A stretch of 64,000 bases of DNA from Polyangiaceae bacterium. GTDB lineage: Bacteria > Myxococcota_A > Polyangia > Polyangiales > Polyangiaceae. Below the pieces are notes generated by a model. The model did not search any database and was not told where the DNA came from. It worked only from the letters and a program-made list of their open reading frames with translations. Of this stretch, positions 45,837-56,419 are shown in pieces. The translations under genes were made by a program, and so were the position numbers. The stretch covers positions 1 through 64,000 of the forward strand of contig JANRKO010000047.1 of assembly GCA_033763455.1 (NCBI GenBank), in the 5' to 3' direction. The first letter of the stretch is position 1. Each line of letters opens with the position of its first letter.

Positions 45837-47009
45837 TTACCCGCCTGCGCCACCGCCGCCAGCGTTCACGCCACCGGTTGCTGCGGCTCCGCCCGCTGCG
45901 GGCGCTCCAGCCGAGCCCGACCCCCCAGTTGCCGCCGCACCACCTGCGCCTGCTCCACCGGCTCCGCCGCCAGCACAGGTATCGATGATGGAGGCAGTGG
46001 TAGCCGGTGTATCGGTTGCACGTTGGATATCACAAATGCCTTTACGCCCGAGGGCGGCTTCCGCGTTCGCATTCCCGAAGCACTTCATGTCCGGGTTCGC
46101 GCAGTCTGCCGAGCAATCGCACAGCTTGGTGCAAAGGCCTACGTCCCCTACGCCACCGTTTTGCAGGGCGGGCAAACAGAATCCATCTAGTTTCATCCCA
46201 CCTCCTGGATTGCAGGAGTCAGGCGACCCCACCGTACAGCCGTCTCCACAAGCGCCAATGGTTGCCGAAAAGGGTACGCACAACCCGCGGCAGGGATCCG
46301 TGGCCGCATTGGGATCACACTTGGCTCCTGTGGCAAGCCCTGCCGGGGGTGTCGCCTGGCAGAGCCCAAAGGATAAGAACGCCGAGGCGGCGCTGCAGGT
46401 TGTGCCATTCACGCACTCACCTACCGCTCCGTTGCATTGGGGTGCACAGAAATTGCCTAGGATGGCGCCTGTCGAATCGAACGCTGGGGCGCAAGCCACT
46501 TCAGGCCTACCGTGGCATTTGTTGTTGAGGTCAGCCTGGGTGGCAGGGGTGTCTGGCAAACACGTCTCAAGGCAGAAACCGTTGCCCTGCTGATCCAGAG
46601 AAATGCACGCAACGTTACGACCAAACTGCTGGCAAACTCCCGGATTTGCGGAGGTGCAAGGCGCGGTACAAAGACCACCCGGAGGGCCGCCGCCGCCCAA
46701 ATCAGTTGAACTACTGGTGAGGCACTTCAAGCCGGTACCGCAGGCGGCGTCGTTGGCGCAGCGCGCACCCACCGTTGTGCTTGCGTTGGCGCCACCACCG
46801 GTAGCTGTGTTGCCCCCAGTCACGGCCCCGTTGCCGCCAGTGTTGCCGCGCCCACCAGTACCCGGCAAAACTCCTCCCCCGCCAACACCAGCACCGCTTC
46901 CGCCAGCTCCCGAGTCGCTCGCTACTTCATTGCTCCCGCAGCCCGGCGCCGCACCAAAAGCCAACAAACACCCAACTCCGGCAGTCAACCATGGCAGCAG
47001 CTTTTTCAT
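45837..47009 (-). CDS. Cys-rich lipoprotein with Gly-rich linkers
   Basis: Signal peptide ending AAPGC, paralog of 38100..39260. Confidence 0.75.
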   Translation of the reverse strand: MKKLLPWLTAGVGCLLAFGAAPGCGSNEVASDSGAGGSGAGVGGGGVLPGTGGRGNTGGNGAVTGGNTATGGGANASTTVGARCANDAACGTGLKCLTSSSTDLGGGGPPGGLCTAPCTSANPGVCQQFGRNVACISLDQQGNGFCLETCLPDTPATQADLNNKCHGRPEVACAPAFDSTGAILGNFCAPQCNGAVGECVNGTTCSAASAFLSFGLCQATPPAGLATGAKCDPNAATDPCRGLCVPFSATIGACGDGCTVGSPDSCNPGGGMKLDGFCLPALQNGGVGDVGLCTKLCDCSADCANPDMKCFGNANAEAALGRKGICDIQRATDTPATTASIIDTCAGGGAGGAGAGGAAATGGSGSAGAPAAGGAAATGGVNAGGGGAGG

Positions 47010-47216
47010 GAAACGGGGGATCTCCTAGGGGTAGTCCAGTGACGCTAGAGTTCCTGGTTGTGTGAGGGAACGCAAGAACAAACGCCTCACCTTACTTCGC
47101 TGATCCGCGGCGGAGTGCTGGATTGCCCGAGCCGACACCTTCCCGAATGGATTTTTCCTAAAATTCCTGGTGGAGGTGCCTGGGGTTTCGATGTAAGGGA
47201 GCCGCTCGAAAATTCA

Positions 47217-47289
47217 GGGCCGATAGCTCAGTCGGTAGAGCAGTGGATTTTTAATCCATTGGTCGAGGGTTCGAATCCCTCTCGGCCCA
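47217..47289 (+). tRNA. tRNA-Lys(UUU)
   Basis: GGGCCGA/TCGGCCC acceptor stem, gtgga-ttTTTaa-tccat anticodon arm. Confidence 0.95.
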
Positions 47290-47365
47290 CTCAATACTTC
47301 CCCGCCTATCCCGCCTGTTTCCGAACCGGCCTGCCTAGCTCCCTAAAATTCTATATCCTGCGGCT

Positions 47366-47953
47366 ATGTCCGAACCTGCCAAGCGGCGAGCCATCTGGGA
47401 CGACCTTTTAGACGTCGCCGAAGGCTACGTGGGGGAAATCGTAGACGGGGAGCTCAACGTGGTTCCTCGACCCGCACCCCCACACGCGGAAACAGCCTCC
47501 GACCTCGGCGGCGTGCTAACTCCGCCCTTTCGGTTCGGGCGCGGTGGCCCCGGCGGCTGGGTGATCGTCGATGAACCTCGGCTTGCGGTCTTGAGGGATA
47601 TCCGCGTGCCGGATTTAGCGGGATGGAAGAAGGAGCGGTACGTCCGGCCGGAGCTTGGCCCGTACACCGTGGTTCCAGATTGGATCTGCGAAATCTTGTC
47701 GCCTTCCACTGCTGTGAGCGATCGGACTGAGAAATTGCCACTCTACGCCCGCGCAGGGGTACCATTTGTGTGGCTGATCGATCCGGTCGGATTTTCATTG
47801 GAAGTCTATGAGCTCGAAAGGGATCGATATTTCCTGGCGCTCACGGCTCAAGGGCGTGCCACACTCCGCGTTCCACCATTTGCTGCGATTGAGATCGAGC
47901 TTGAATTGCTCTGGGGCGACCGGCTCGCCGAAGCCGAGGCCTCAGACCGTTAG
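47366..47953 (+). CDS. Uma2 (DUF820) family endonuclease-fold protein
   Basis: EIVDGEL..PRP..H, VPDLAGW, PDWICEILSPST..DR..K...Y..GVP..WLIDP. Confidence 0.9.
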   Translation: MSEPAKRRAIWDDLLDVAEGYVGEIVDGELNVVPRPAPPHAETASDLGGVLTPPFRFGRGGPGGWVIVDEPRLAVLRDIRVPDLAGWKKERYVRPELGPYTVVPDWICEILSPSTAVSDRTEKLPLYARAGVPFVWLIDPVGFSLEVYELERDRYFLALTAQGRATLRVPPFAAIEIELELLWGDRLAEAEASDR

Positions 47954-49192
47954 AATTTCGTAGACGCGGACGCGCAATTGCTGCTCCACCGCCGGCCCGA
48001 GCAATGCCCCCGCGCTAAATAGCGCAAAGCTCACGTATTCCTGGAACATCTGTGCCAAAACGGCGTCGGGGGCCGCGCCCCCGGAGAGCAACAGCGCATT
48101 CTCTGCAACTTGATCGGGATCCAATTGGCCCCTTTCATCGGGCCCAGCTCCCCGAAAAAGGATGTCGTACATGCCCGCGCCGTTTGCGAAGCTGGCTAAG
48201 GCGTTAGCCAGCTCGGGCACTCTCTGCGCTTCCGCCAAGGCATAAAACACGACGCTGATAGCATTGTTGGCGCGTGCAACAATCGCCGTTGGCCCCCCTG
48301 AAACCGGCGGCGGTATTACCTCAACGTGCTTGGATTGCATGAGCGCGTAGATTTGCCGCGTTGTCTCAAATTCCCCTAGGCCCGTCTGACGGCCGATTTC
48401 TTCCACATTTCGTGCACCGTCGATCGCGGCGTACACAGTCGCAAACTCATCTGGCCCCTGGGCCATTAGGCTCGTTGGCTTTGGCACGTGAAGGTGCGAG
48501 GGCACCTTTTGTCGAAAATACTTGAGCTCATCCAACCGGGTAACGCCATCCATCAAGATGGAGTTCGCGCTTGCCGTGTGCCGGGAGCTCACCAGCGCGT
48601 CGTCAAATCCATCCAAAAAGAAGAAGGTTCCGTCGGCCACCATGAGGGTCGCAAACACCACCTCCCTCACCTGTTTGCCGATGTATTGGTACACAGCCTC
48701 TGGCTCTAGAAAGCCGAGCTCCACGGCCGCCTCACCAAACCGGCGCCCACCTTCAACGCGTGCCTCAATGGCTTGAAGCTGAGGCAATGTGAGCCCGCCG
48801 AAGTGGTAAATCACGGCGCCAAGGCGTTCTTCTTTCACGTTGGTGGCAACGCCAACAATGTTGCCTTGGTCGAAGAATATTGAACGCTCAGCGCCCTCTA
48901 ACGCGTCGGAGACGGTAAGCTCGCCCCTCCAACCCGATTGCGCCAAGAGCGCCAAAATATCACACATGGAGCCCGGCGCGGTGAGCTCTCCGCCGAGCCG
49001 GACGATGGCACCATCTTCGTCATCGCGCTGACCATCCTCCCCGGTGTACCGCATGAACACGACGTGTTTCGGTCCCGGCAGCATCCGAAAAGTACCCTCG
49101 CGGAAGCGGAGGCGTTGGCTGGCAAGTGTCCCAATGGGATGAGCTCCGCCTTGCGAGTCGATACGGACCAGTTCGTCGCGAACGTCCTTCAT
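47942..49192 (-). CDS. DUF4388/PATAN-domain protein
   Basis: L.G.L....DIL..L....W.G.L.V...IFF..G.IV.V..N...ERLG. Confidence 0.75.
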   Translation of the reverse strand: MKDVRDELVRIDSQGGAHPIGTLASQRLRFREGTFRMLPGPKHVVFMRYTGEDGQRDDEDGAIVRLGGELTAPGSMCDILALLAQSGWRGELTVSDALEGAERSIFFDQGNIVGVATNVKEERLGAVIYHFGGLTLPQLQAIEARVEGGRRFGEAAVELGFLEPEAVYQYIGKQVREVVFATLMVADGTFFFLDGFDDALVSSRHTASANSILMDGVTRLDELKYFRQKVPSHLHVPKPTSLMAQGPDEFATVYAAIDGARNVEEIGRQTGLGEFETTRQIYALMQSKHVEVIPPPVSGGPTAIVARANNAISVVFYALAEAQRVPELANALASFANGAGMYDILFRGAGPDERGQLDPDQVAENALLLSGGAAPDAVLAQMFQEYVSFALFSAGALLGPAVEQQLRVRVYEILTV

Positions 49193-49213
49193 GAGCCCGA
49201 AATCATACAGCGG

Positions 49214-52200
49214 CTACCTGAGCTCAGCTATACTTTGGCCAAACATCCGCTCCAGGCTCGCCAAGATGCCGTCGGTGGGAGTGATGCGAGCGCCCGGCAA
49301 ATCCAGGATCACCTGCGCACCATCCGGGAGCGCGAGCACCAACTCCACCGGGCAAGGCCCGGGGGACCCCTCAAGCAGCGCTTTTAGGCCCTCCAGCTGG
49401 CCCCGCTCCGCGCGCTCTGCATTGAGGCGCAAGCTCATAGAACGGGTGGTTTTCAATACCGCATCTGCCAAAGGCTCTACCGAATCCACGAGCAGAGTCG
49501 GCTCCGCCTCGGCGTCCGGTTCATCGGTGACCGGGAAGCTCACCTTGCCCGTAACGAGTACAGGCTCCCCGCGGTTCAGCAAGGCGCCGTAGGTTTCAAT
49601 GCGATCTTGGCGCAACTTGGCGTGCACGCGCCCCTCGGTATCCTCAAGCTCAAAAAAGGCCGCCTTTCCTCCCTTTCCACCCTTGAAGATCTTCTCTTGG
49701 TAGTTCTCCACCATGCCCGCGACCACGGCCATCGACCACGGCTTGGCCTCACCCAGCTTGGCGGTTGAAATCGCCCCCAACCGGCTTGATTTATTGCCGT
49801 AGCGATACAACGGGTGTCCTGAAACGTAGCAGCCAAGCGCGCTTTTCTCCCGACGCAGCAACTCGAAGCCATCCCATTCCGTTGGGCGGGGATATTCGTC
49901 GGCTGGTGCTGCGCGAACGGGATCTTTGGCGGCTGCTTGGTCGAACATTCCAAATAAAGTCGTCTGGCCGCGCTCACGATCCCGGGTCGCGTAACGAGAT
50001 CTTTCGAGAGCGCGATCGATTGCGGCAAATGCACGCGCTCGCGTGATGCCCTTGGGTTCGAGCGCTGAATCAAAAGCCCCGCACTGCACGAGGGACTCGA
50101 GCACGCCTTTATTCAGACGCTTTGCGTCCACGCGCGAGGCAAAATCAAACAGATCTTCGAATTTCCCGCCGGCTTCCCGAGCGTCAAACATGGTTTCCAG
50201 CGCGGCCTCGCCCACGCCCCGCACGGCTCCCAATCCGAAGCGCACCTGGGGACCAAAGCGATCCCGCACCTTACCTGGGCCACGGGCTGGCCCCTGGCCG
50301 CGTGGGAACTTGTAGACCACCGAAAAATCTGTCGCACTCGCGTTAATATCCGGCGGCAAAACACTCACGCCCCACGCACGCGCTTCGGCAATCGTGCGCA
50401 CCACTTTTTCGATTTTTTCGCGATCTGCAGTCATCACCCCGGCAAAAAACTCCGCTGGGTAGTGCGCCTTCAGATACGCCGTGTGGTACGTGACAAGTGC
50501 ATAAGCTGCCGAATGGCTCTTGTTGAAGCCGTAAGATGCAAAGCCCTCGATCTCGCGAAAAATGGACGAGGATTGCTCTTCGGAAACGCCGTTCTTGAGT
50601 GCCCCTTGCACAAAGAGTGCTTGCTGCTTCTGCATCTCTTCGGCTTTTTTCTTGCCCATTGCCCGTCGCAAGAGGTCAGCGCCGCCGAGCGAAAACCCGG
50701 CCAAGTGTTGAGCTATTTGCATTACCTGCTCTTGGTACACAGGCACGCCATAGGTAGGAGCTAACACCGCATCCACCAGTGGATGAAGCTTGCGGATAGC
50801 CTTACGCCCGTGTTTGCCGCCGACAAAATCGTCGATCATGCCGGTGCCAAGAGGGCCCGGCCGGTACAGGGCCACCGCGGCCACAATGTCTTCGAAACAA
50901 TCCGGCTTCAACTGACGCAAAAGGGTTTGCATGCCGCTCGATTCAAGCTGAAACACGTTCGTAGTTTCACCACTTGAGATGAGGGCGTAGGTGTCACGAT
51001 CTTCGAGGGAGATCTTCGACAGATCCAGCGGGGAGCCTTGGCGATCCGGCCGCGCGTTCACGAAACGCTGGACGATATCGATAACGGTGAGGGTTTTTAG
51101 GCCCAAAAAGTCGAATTTTACGAGGCCAGCAGCCTCGACGTCGTCTTTGTCGTATTGGGTAACGATCACATCCCCGTTGCGAAAACAGGGCACGTGGGTG
51201 ACGAGCGGGCCGTCGCTGATAACGACGCCGGCCGCGTGAGTGCCTGCGTGGCGCGTCAGATCTTCTAGCTTTTGGGCCTGTTTGATCAGCTCCGCCACGC
51301 GCGGCTCAGCTTCTACGCGCTGACGCAACTTGGGCTCCGCCACCAACGCTTCGGTGATGGTGCACATTTTTCCCTGGCCTTTGGAGGGGATGAGGCTGGC
51401 AATTCGCTGGGCTTCGGGGGCAGGAAAGCTCATCGCCCGCGCGACGTCTTTGATCACGCTTCGCGCTTTGAGATTTTGGAAGGTGGCAATCTGGCCCACG
51501 CTCTGTTGGCCATATTTTGCGGCAACGTACGTAATGACTTCATCGCGCCGCGCCATGCAAAAATCGACGTCGAAGTCAGGCATGCTGACGCGTTCTGGGT
51601 TTAAGAATCGCTCAAACAAGAGGTTGTACGGCAACGGATCGATTTCGGTAATGCCCATCGAATAAGCGACGAGCGACCCTGCACCCGAACCGCGGCCTGG
51701 CCCCACCGGAATCCCCCTCGCCTTCGCTTCCCGGATAAAATCCCAAACGATCAAGAAGTAGCCTGGGTACTTCATCTCGATGATAACACCGACCTCACGA
51801 TCCAAGCGTTCGCGGTAAATGGCCTCGTTGAACGAGCGACCTATCAGGCGAAAATCTGCGAACCTTTTCTCAAGCCCCTCCAAGGCGACGTGGCGGAAAT
51901 AGCTGGCATCGTTGTAGCCCTCGGGAATGGGAAACTCCGGCAGCATGGCCCCGCCGAGATCGAGCTTGAGGCCCGAGCACATCTCAGAAACCAGCATCGT
52001 ATTCTTGATGGCTGCTGGATAATCGCGAAATAACTCGGCCATCTCAGAGGGAGACTTGAGGTACATCTCGCTGCTCTGATGATGATGCCCGTGTGACTCA
52101 TCGAAAGTGCGCCCGAGCCGAATGCATTCCAGGTAACGCTGGGCTTCGGCGTCGTCGCGGTTCAAGAACTGCACGTCGTTGCTAGCGACCGTGGGCAAGC

Positions 52201-52774
52201 CAAGCCGGCCTGCGGCTTCGGCTAGAATCGAATTGACCAAAGGCTGTTCGGGGAATCCGTGATCTTGGAGTTCTACGAACAAGTGCCCGGGATCGAACAT
52301 GTCCCGGAGCTCCGCTAACATCGGCTCCCCGCGCTCGGGGCCGAACTCCAAGATGGTTTGAGCCATTACCCCGCCCAAACACCCCGTGAGGGCGACATTG
52401 CCCGCGGCGTGTTTGGCGACCTGATCGAGTGTAACACTGGGCGTATCGACGTTTGCCGAATCCAGATAACCCAGCGAAACGAGCTGTATCAGGTTCTTGT
52501 AGCCCTCAGCGTTCGAGGCCAACATTACTAAATGGTCAACAACCGAAGGGTTGTTGCGGCGAGCGACGTTCAGCTCACAGCCAAGGATCGGGCGAATTCC
52601 AGCCTTCTTGCAGGCATTGTAGTGCCGGATGGCCCCATACATGTTCGCGTGGTCAGTAATCGCCACAGCAGTCATTCCGCGGCGTTCCGCCTCCACGGCG
52701 AGCTCCCCCACTCGCACCATGCTGACGAGAAACGAGTATTGCGTGTGCGCGTGGAGGTGGACGAACTCTGCCAC
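49214..52774 (-). CDS. dnaE: DNA polymerase III alpha subunit
   Basis: FVHLHAHTQYS PHP domain, GPGRGSGAGS, MPDFDVDF, YGFNKSH. Confidence 0.97.
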   Translation of the reverse strand: MAEFVHLHAHTQYSFLVSMVRVGELAVEAERRGMTAVAITDHANMYGAIRHYNACKKAGIRPILGCELNVARRNNPSVVDHLVMLASNAEGYKNLIQLVSLGYLDSANVDTPSVTLDQVAKHAAGNVALTGCLGGVMAQTILEFGPERGEPMLAELRDMFDPGHLFVELQDHGFPEQPLVNSILAEAAGRLGLPTVASNDVQFLNRDDAEAQRYLECIRLGRTFDESHGHHHQSSEMYLKSPSEMAELFRDYPAAIKNTMLVSEMCSGLKLDLGGAMLPEFPIPEGYNDASYFRHVALEGLEKRFADFRLIGRSFNEAIYRERLDREVGVIIEMKYPGYFLIVWDFIREAKARGIPVGPGRGSGAGSLVAYSMGITEIDPLPYNLLFERFLNPERVSMPDFDVDFCMARRDEVITYVAAKYGQQSVGQIATFQNLKARSVIKDVARAMSFPAPEAQRIASLIPSKGQGKMCTITEALVAEPKLRQRVEAEPRVAELIKQAQKLEDLTRHAGTHAAGVVISDGPLVTHVPCFRNGDVIVTQYDKDDVEAAGLVKFDFLGLKTLTVIDIVQRFVNARPDRQGSPLDLSKISLEDRDTYALISSGETTNVFQLESSGMQTLLRQLKPDCFEDIVAAVALYRPGPLGTGMIDDFVGGKHGRKAIRKLHPLVDAVLAPTYGVPVYQEQVMQIAQHLAGFSLGGADLLRRAMGKKKAEEMQKQQALFVQGALKNGVSEEQSSSIFREIEGFASYGFNKSHSAAYALVTYHTAYLKAHYPAEFFAGVMTADREKIEKVVRTIAEARAWGVSVLPPDINASATDFSVVYKFPRGQGPARGPGKVRDRFGPQVRFGLGAVRGVGEAALETMFDAREAGGKFEDLFDFASRVDAKRLNKGVLESLVQCGAFDSALEPKGITRARAFAAIDRALERSRYATRDRERGQTTLFGMFDQAAAKDPVRAAPADEYPRPTEWDGFELLRREKSALGCYVSGHPLYRYGNKSSRLGAISTAKLGEAKPWSMAVVAGMVENYQEKIFKGGKGGKAAFFELEDTEGRVHAKLRQDRIETYGALLNRGEPVLVTGKVSFPVTDEPDAEAEPTLLVDSVEPLADAVLKTTRSMSLRLNAERAERGQLEGLKALLEGSPGPCPVELVLALPDGAQVILDLPGARITPTDGILASLERMFGQSIAELR

Positions 52775-52939
52775 TAGGCCTTTGGAGTACACCCGCGGTC
52801 ATCCTGGAGGAAGCCATCACCCACCTCGAGGCGTCCGTGCCGCAGGGTCAGGCCCGATGGCCGATGTAAAAAGGACTACCATGTGGGCCGTCATCCAATT
52901 GTAGGCTGCGGCCCGCGCTCGACGTGCTATGTGGCCCCC

Positions 52940-53452
52940 ATGCGCATCCCTGTCCTTGCGATGACGCTCGTGACCACCCTGGCGTTCGCCTGCGAGAAGC
53001 CCGCACCTGACCTCCGCGAATGGCGCGTCTCGGACCACGATCAGCCTCCATCACAGGGGCAGGTCGCACCCAGTGCCCCTCCTCCTGCCGAAACGGCAGC
53101 GGCGGGAGCTGCTGGGTTGCCGACAACCGTCAACCAAGCGTTGGCCCATCGCGGTCTCAATGAACAAATCCTGCAAGTGTGGGTTGAACGCTGTACAAGC
53201 TGCCACGGCACCATTGGCCGGGGAGATGGCCCGCAGGGCGCCATGTTTCGGGCGCGGGACCTGAGCGATCCAGGTTGGCAGCAATCGGTAACGGACGCGA
53301 GCATCGAGGTGAGCATCACCAAGGGCAAGGGAGCGATGCCAGGTTTCGCGCTGCCACCCGAGACGCTTGCAGGAATGGTTAGGCTGGTGCGGCTTTTTGC
53401 TCAGCGTAGTCCTGCACCCGGCACAGCGGTGCCCCAAGGAGCCGCCCCATGA
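52940..53452 (+). CDS. c-type cytochrome lipoprotein
   Basis: LAFAC lipobox-like, CTSCH, MPGF. Confidence 0.85.
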   Translation: MRIPVLAMTLVTTLAFACEKPAPDLREWRVSDHDQPPSQGQVAPSAPPPAETAAAGAAGLPTTVNQALAHRGLNEQILQVWVERCTSCHGTIGRGDGPQGAMFRARDLSDPGWQQSVTDASIEVSITKGKGAMPGFALPPETLAGMVRLVRLFAQRSPAPGTAVPQGAAP

Positions 53453-53862
53453 GCAAGCCCTGGTGGCGCTCGCTAGTGGGGCGAGCCTCTCTCCTTGGGG
53501 GCGTGCTCGCACTCGTCACCTTGATTGGGCCTCGTATGCCGCATGAGCAAGAGCTCGCTTTCAACCTCGGCAAGGCAGAAGCACAGCAGCTCGAAGTCAG
53601 TTGGACGCCCGAGTCGGAAGTGGAAGCGCAGGGCGGATTTTCCCTCAACCTTGCGGCTAAACCGTCGCGAATCGTCCGGCATACGGCCGAGCTCCCCAAT
53701 GGGAGCTATCGCTTCGATATCGTCGTCACCCCATCGCCGATCGCGCCCGCCGTAGAGGCAAAACAGGCGAGCAATTCGTCACCAACTCCTTCCGCTTCGA
53801 CAACCACCTATGTCCGTCGCGTAACGCTGGAGGGTGGCCCCACCACCATCCACCTACCGTAA
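53449..53862 (+). CDS. Hypothetical membrane-anchored protein
   Basis: N-terminal TM, ATGA overlap. Confidence 0.65.
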   Translation: MSKPWWRSLVGRASLLGGVLALVTLIGPRMPHEQELAFNLGKAEAQQLEVSWTPESEVEAQGGFSLNLAAKPSRIVRHTAELPNGSYRFDIVVTPSPIAPAVEAKQASNSSPTPSASTTTYVRRVTLEGGPTTIHLP

Positions 53863-53872
53863 GGCCCACCAA

Positions 53873-54802
53873 GTGACAGACCCAACGCGTCCCAACCCCG
53901 GTCCCACGCCCACCGCCAACCATCTGGTCGCTTTGAGCGAACCCATGCGGCAGCTTGCTTCCCAGGTTGACCGAGCAGCATCTGCAGCGGGAGCCGTCCT
54001 CATCCTGGGGGAACGCGGTGCGGGTCGTACCTTCGTCGCCCGCGCGCTCCACCACCGCAGCCCCCACGGCAAGGCGCCGTTTGTGGCACTGGATCTGTCC
54101 GAAGTTTCCCTCCAACACCAGCGCGACGTTCTCTTCGGGCGCGCGAGCCTGGTCGACTTAGATGGAACACTTTGTCTCAAAGAAATCGAGCATTTAGCGC
54201 CAGAACTTCAAGTGGAACTTTCTCAGAGAATTGGACGCACGGGCAGCCGAATCGTCGCAACCTCCGCCCGGCCGCTTGAGCAGTGGGCGGGTGCAGGTGC
54301 CTTTAGCGTGCAGCTCTTAGGGGTATTCAGTGACCGGCTTCGTGTTCCTGCCCTGAGGGAGCGGCAAGAGGATCTGGCGGAGTTGGTGCGAACCCTCACG
54401 CGGGAGGCGTGCGCCGCTGCACGACGGAACACCCTGACTCCCTCCGAAGCCTTCATCCTTGCGCTCTCCCGATACGATTTCCCCGGCAACATTACCCAGC
54501 TTCGAGCTGTATTGGATCGGGCCATCCAGCGAGTGGGCGTCGAAGAGGAGCTCGGAACTAGTGCCCTGAGCTCGATTAGCGAATTCCGAGAGCCGGGTGC
54601 ATTTTCGGCATCGCTTTCCTATCGCGACACGCGGACGCACTTCGAAAACGGGTTCGAAAAGGCTTACGTATCCTGGTTGCTCGAACGCCACCAAGACAAC
54701 ATCAGTGCGGCCGCCCGCGAGGCGCGCATGGACCGCAAGCACCTCTACGACCTCGCGCGCAAACACGGACTACGCCGGCCCCGAGGCCTAGAAGATGATT
54801 AA
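53873..54802 (+). CDS. Degenerate sigma54-activator-like AAA+ domain plus Fis-type HTH
   Basis: GERGAGRT, PALRER.ED, FPGN, NISAAAREARMDRKHLY. GAFTGA is absent. Confidence 0.8.
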   Translation: MTDPTRPNPGPTPTANHLVALSEPMRQLASQVDRAASAAGAVLILGERGAGRTFVARALHHRSPHGKAPFVALDLSEVSLQHQRDVLFGRASLVDLDGTLCLKEIEHLAPELQVELSQRIGRTGSRIVATSARPLEQWAGAGAFSVQLLGVFSDRLRVPALRERQEDLAELVRTLTREACAAARRNTLTPSEAFILALSRYDFPGNITQLRAVLDRAIQRVGVEEELGTSALSSISEFREPGAFSASLSYRDTRTHFENGFEKAYVSWLLERHQDNISAAAREARMDRKHLYDLARKHGLRRPRGLEDD

Positions 54803-55010
54803 GTGGCTGATTTTGAGGGATAGGACCGGTATGTGTTCCAATCCCCCTTGAAGCCAGCGACGCGGTGCGGCTATCTCTTGGCCATACGAGGCGCCGTGTG
54901 GCATCTTATCCTACATCAGATTACATTAGCTCTTAGCAACGTGGCCTCGCCGGTGTCGGCGTGAGGCCCTTGGGGGAAACCCTTGGTCTGTTATTGGAGT
55001 GACAATACGC

Positions 55011-55187
55011 ATGAAGTTTAACCTCTACCACCTGCTAGCTCTTGTTTGCCTCGGAGCGGCAGCGCTCGCTGGTTCGATCGGCATGCAGCTGGCCGTGTTG
55101 GGCGTGACGCTCGGCATTTTCTTTGGAACACTTTCCCTCCGTAGCCCTGCTGCTTCGGAAGCACCCAGCGCCAATACGGGTACCTAA
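55011..55187 (+). CDS. Small membrane peptide
   Basis: Two hydrophobic segments, GGAG upstream. Confidence 0.5.
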   Translation: MKFNLYHLLALVCLGAAALAGSIGMQLAVLGVTLGIFFGTLSLRSPAASEAPSANTGT

Positions 55188-55255
55188 CGGACCAGTTCGA
55201 TAGCACCCCACCGCGCTCGTCCCGCGAGCCCCGGGCGAGCGCGATCCCGCCGCCG

Positions 55256-56320
55256 ATGCTGAAGAGCATCCGCGATTTGCTGTTGCCCGAGGTCGAGGCT
55301 ATTCGGCTTATTCTCCGCGGCGGTTCGGTGGTCGATTGGCATCGGCTCCAGTTTACGAGTTCAACCGAAATTGAACGTTTCCTGGCCACACAGGAGCTTT
55401 CGCTCGAAAATCCCAGCGACCGCGCGTACCTGGACCACGTGCGGGAGGCGGCCATCGAGTACCTCCGCCGCAACTTCTCCTTCTCAATCCCCAAGCCCAT
55501 CGAGCGTGCGCCGGTCGATCAGCTAATGCTCATCGCCTCCGGACAGGCGGAATCGAATCATCGCCAGCTGTGCGCCTGCACGGTATTGAAGACGCTGCAC
55601 ATCATCCACCACATGTCCGGCCGCGAGCTTTTGTTTCGTTTGCCGGTGAGCGACCACGACCTCTTCCACTTGGTTGAAGAGAAGGTTTATCGCGTCGTTG
55701 GTACGATGCTAAGTGCTGGCTTTCCAATCACGGAGTTCATTGGCGGCCGCAAGAATCTCGACTCCACGTATACCAAGCTCTTATCCAAACGCGAGGCCAC
55801 GGCCTCGGCCCTTTACGATAAGCTCCGCTTTCGGATCGTGACGCGCACCCGGGAAGATCTCTTGCCCGTCTTGAACTACCTAACCGAACGGGTGGTTCCA
55901 TTTAACTATGTGGTGCCCCTGCAGAGCAGCAACACCATCCTCGATTTTGCCGAGCTCTGCCGTCAGCACCCGCATTTGGGGCAGATGGCACCACATTTTC
56001 AGGGCGATACGGACGATATGTTGAGCACTGGGGACAACCGCTTCAGCGCCCCAAGCTATCGGGTCATCCACTTCGTGGCGGACATTCCGGTCCGAGTGCC
56101 GGAACACGTGATGGAGCAGGCTCCCGACGGCTGCGAGGCCCTCGGGCCCATTGTCTTCATGCTTTGCGAATTTCAGCTTCTTGATGCCGACAGCGATGCC
56201 GCCAACGAAACGGGCGACGCGAGCCACGAATCCTACAAGCAACGGCAGAGAGCAGCTGTTTTCCGCCGGCTTCGTATGGGCGTACGGCCCGAGAAATCGC
56301 CCGGGGACGCTGACTCGTAG
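55256..56320 (+). CDS. TIGR04552-like protein with RelA/SpoT-like motifs
   Basis: LILRGGSVVDW N-terminus, GRK..S..TKLL, YDKLRFRIV, YRVIHF, EFQ, SH..YK. Confidence 0.7.
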   Translation: MLKSIRDLLLPEVEAIRLILRGGSVVDWHRLQFTSSTEIERFLATQELSLENPSDRAYLDHVREAAIEYLRRNFSFSIPKPIERAPVDQLMLIASGQAESNHRQLCACTVLKTLHIIHHMSGRELLFRLPVSDHDLFHLVEEKVYRVVGTMLSAGFPITEFIGGRKNLDSTYTKLLSKREATASALYDKLRFRIVTRTREDLLPVLNYLTERVVPFNYVVPLQSSNTILDFAELCRQHPHLGQMAPHFQGDTDDMLSTGDNRFSAPSYRVIHFVADIPVRVPEHVMEQAPDGCEALGPIVFMLCEFQLLDADSDAANETGDASHESYKQRQRAAVFRRLRMGVRPEKSPGDADS

Positions 56321-56419
56321 GGCATCCCGCCCAAGGGGGCGCTCAGAGCCGAAATACCGACGTGCTTTCAGCAGAATAGCGCTCCCTCGGGTCGCTTAAA
56401 TGCGCTACGAATCGAGGTC

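Noticed and set aside
45145..46593. 482-aa plus-strand ORF
   Set aside because: Antisense to the kinase and Cys-rich genes, low-complexity shadow.
47217..47953. Island integrated at tRNA-Lys
   Set aside because: No duplicated tRNA 3' end or integrase seen downstream.
54803..55010. Sigma54 promoter or riboswitch
   Set aside because: TGGCA present but no -12 TTGC at the correct spacing, and no riboswitch consensus recognised.
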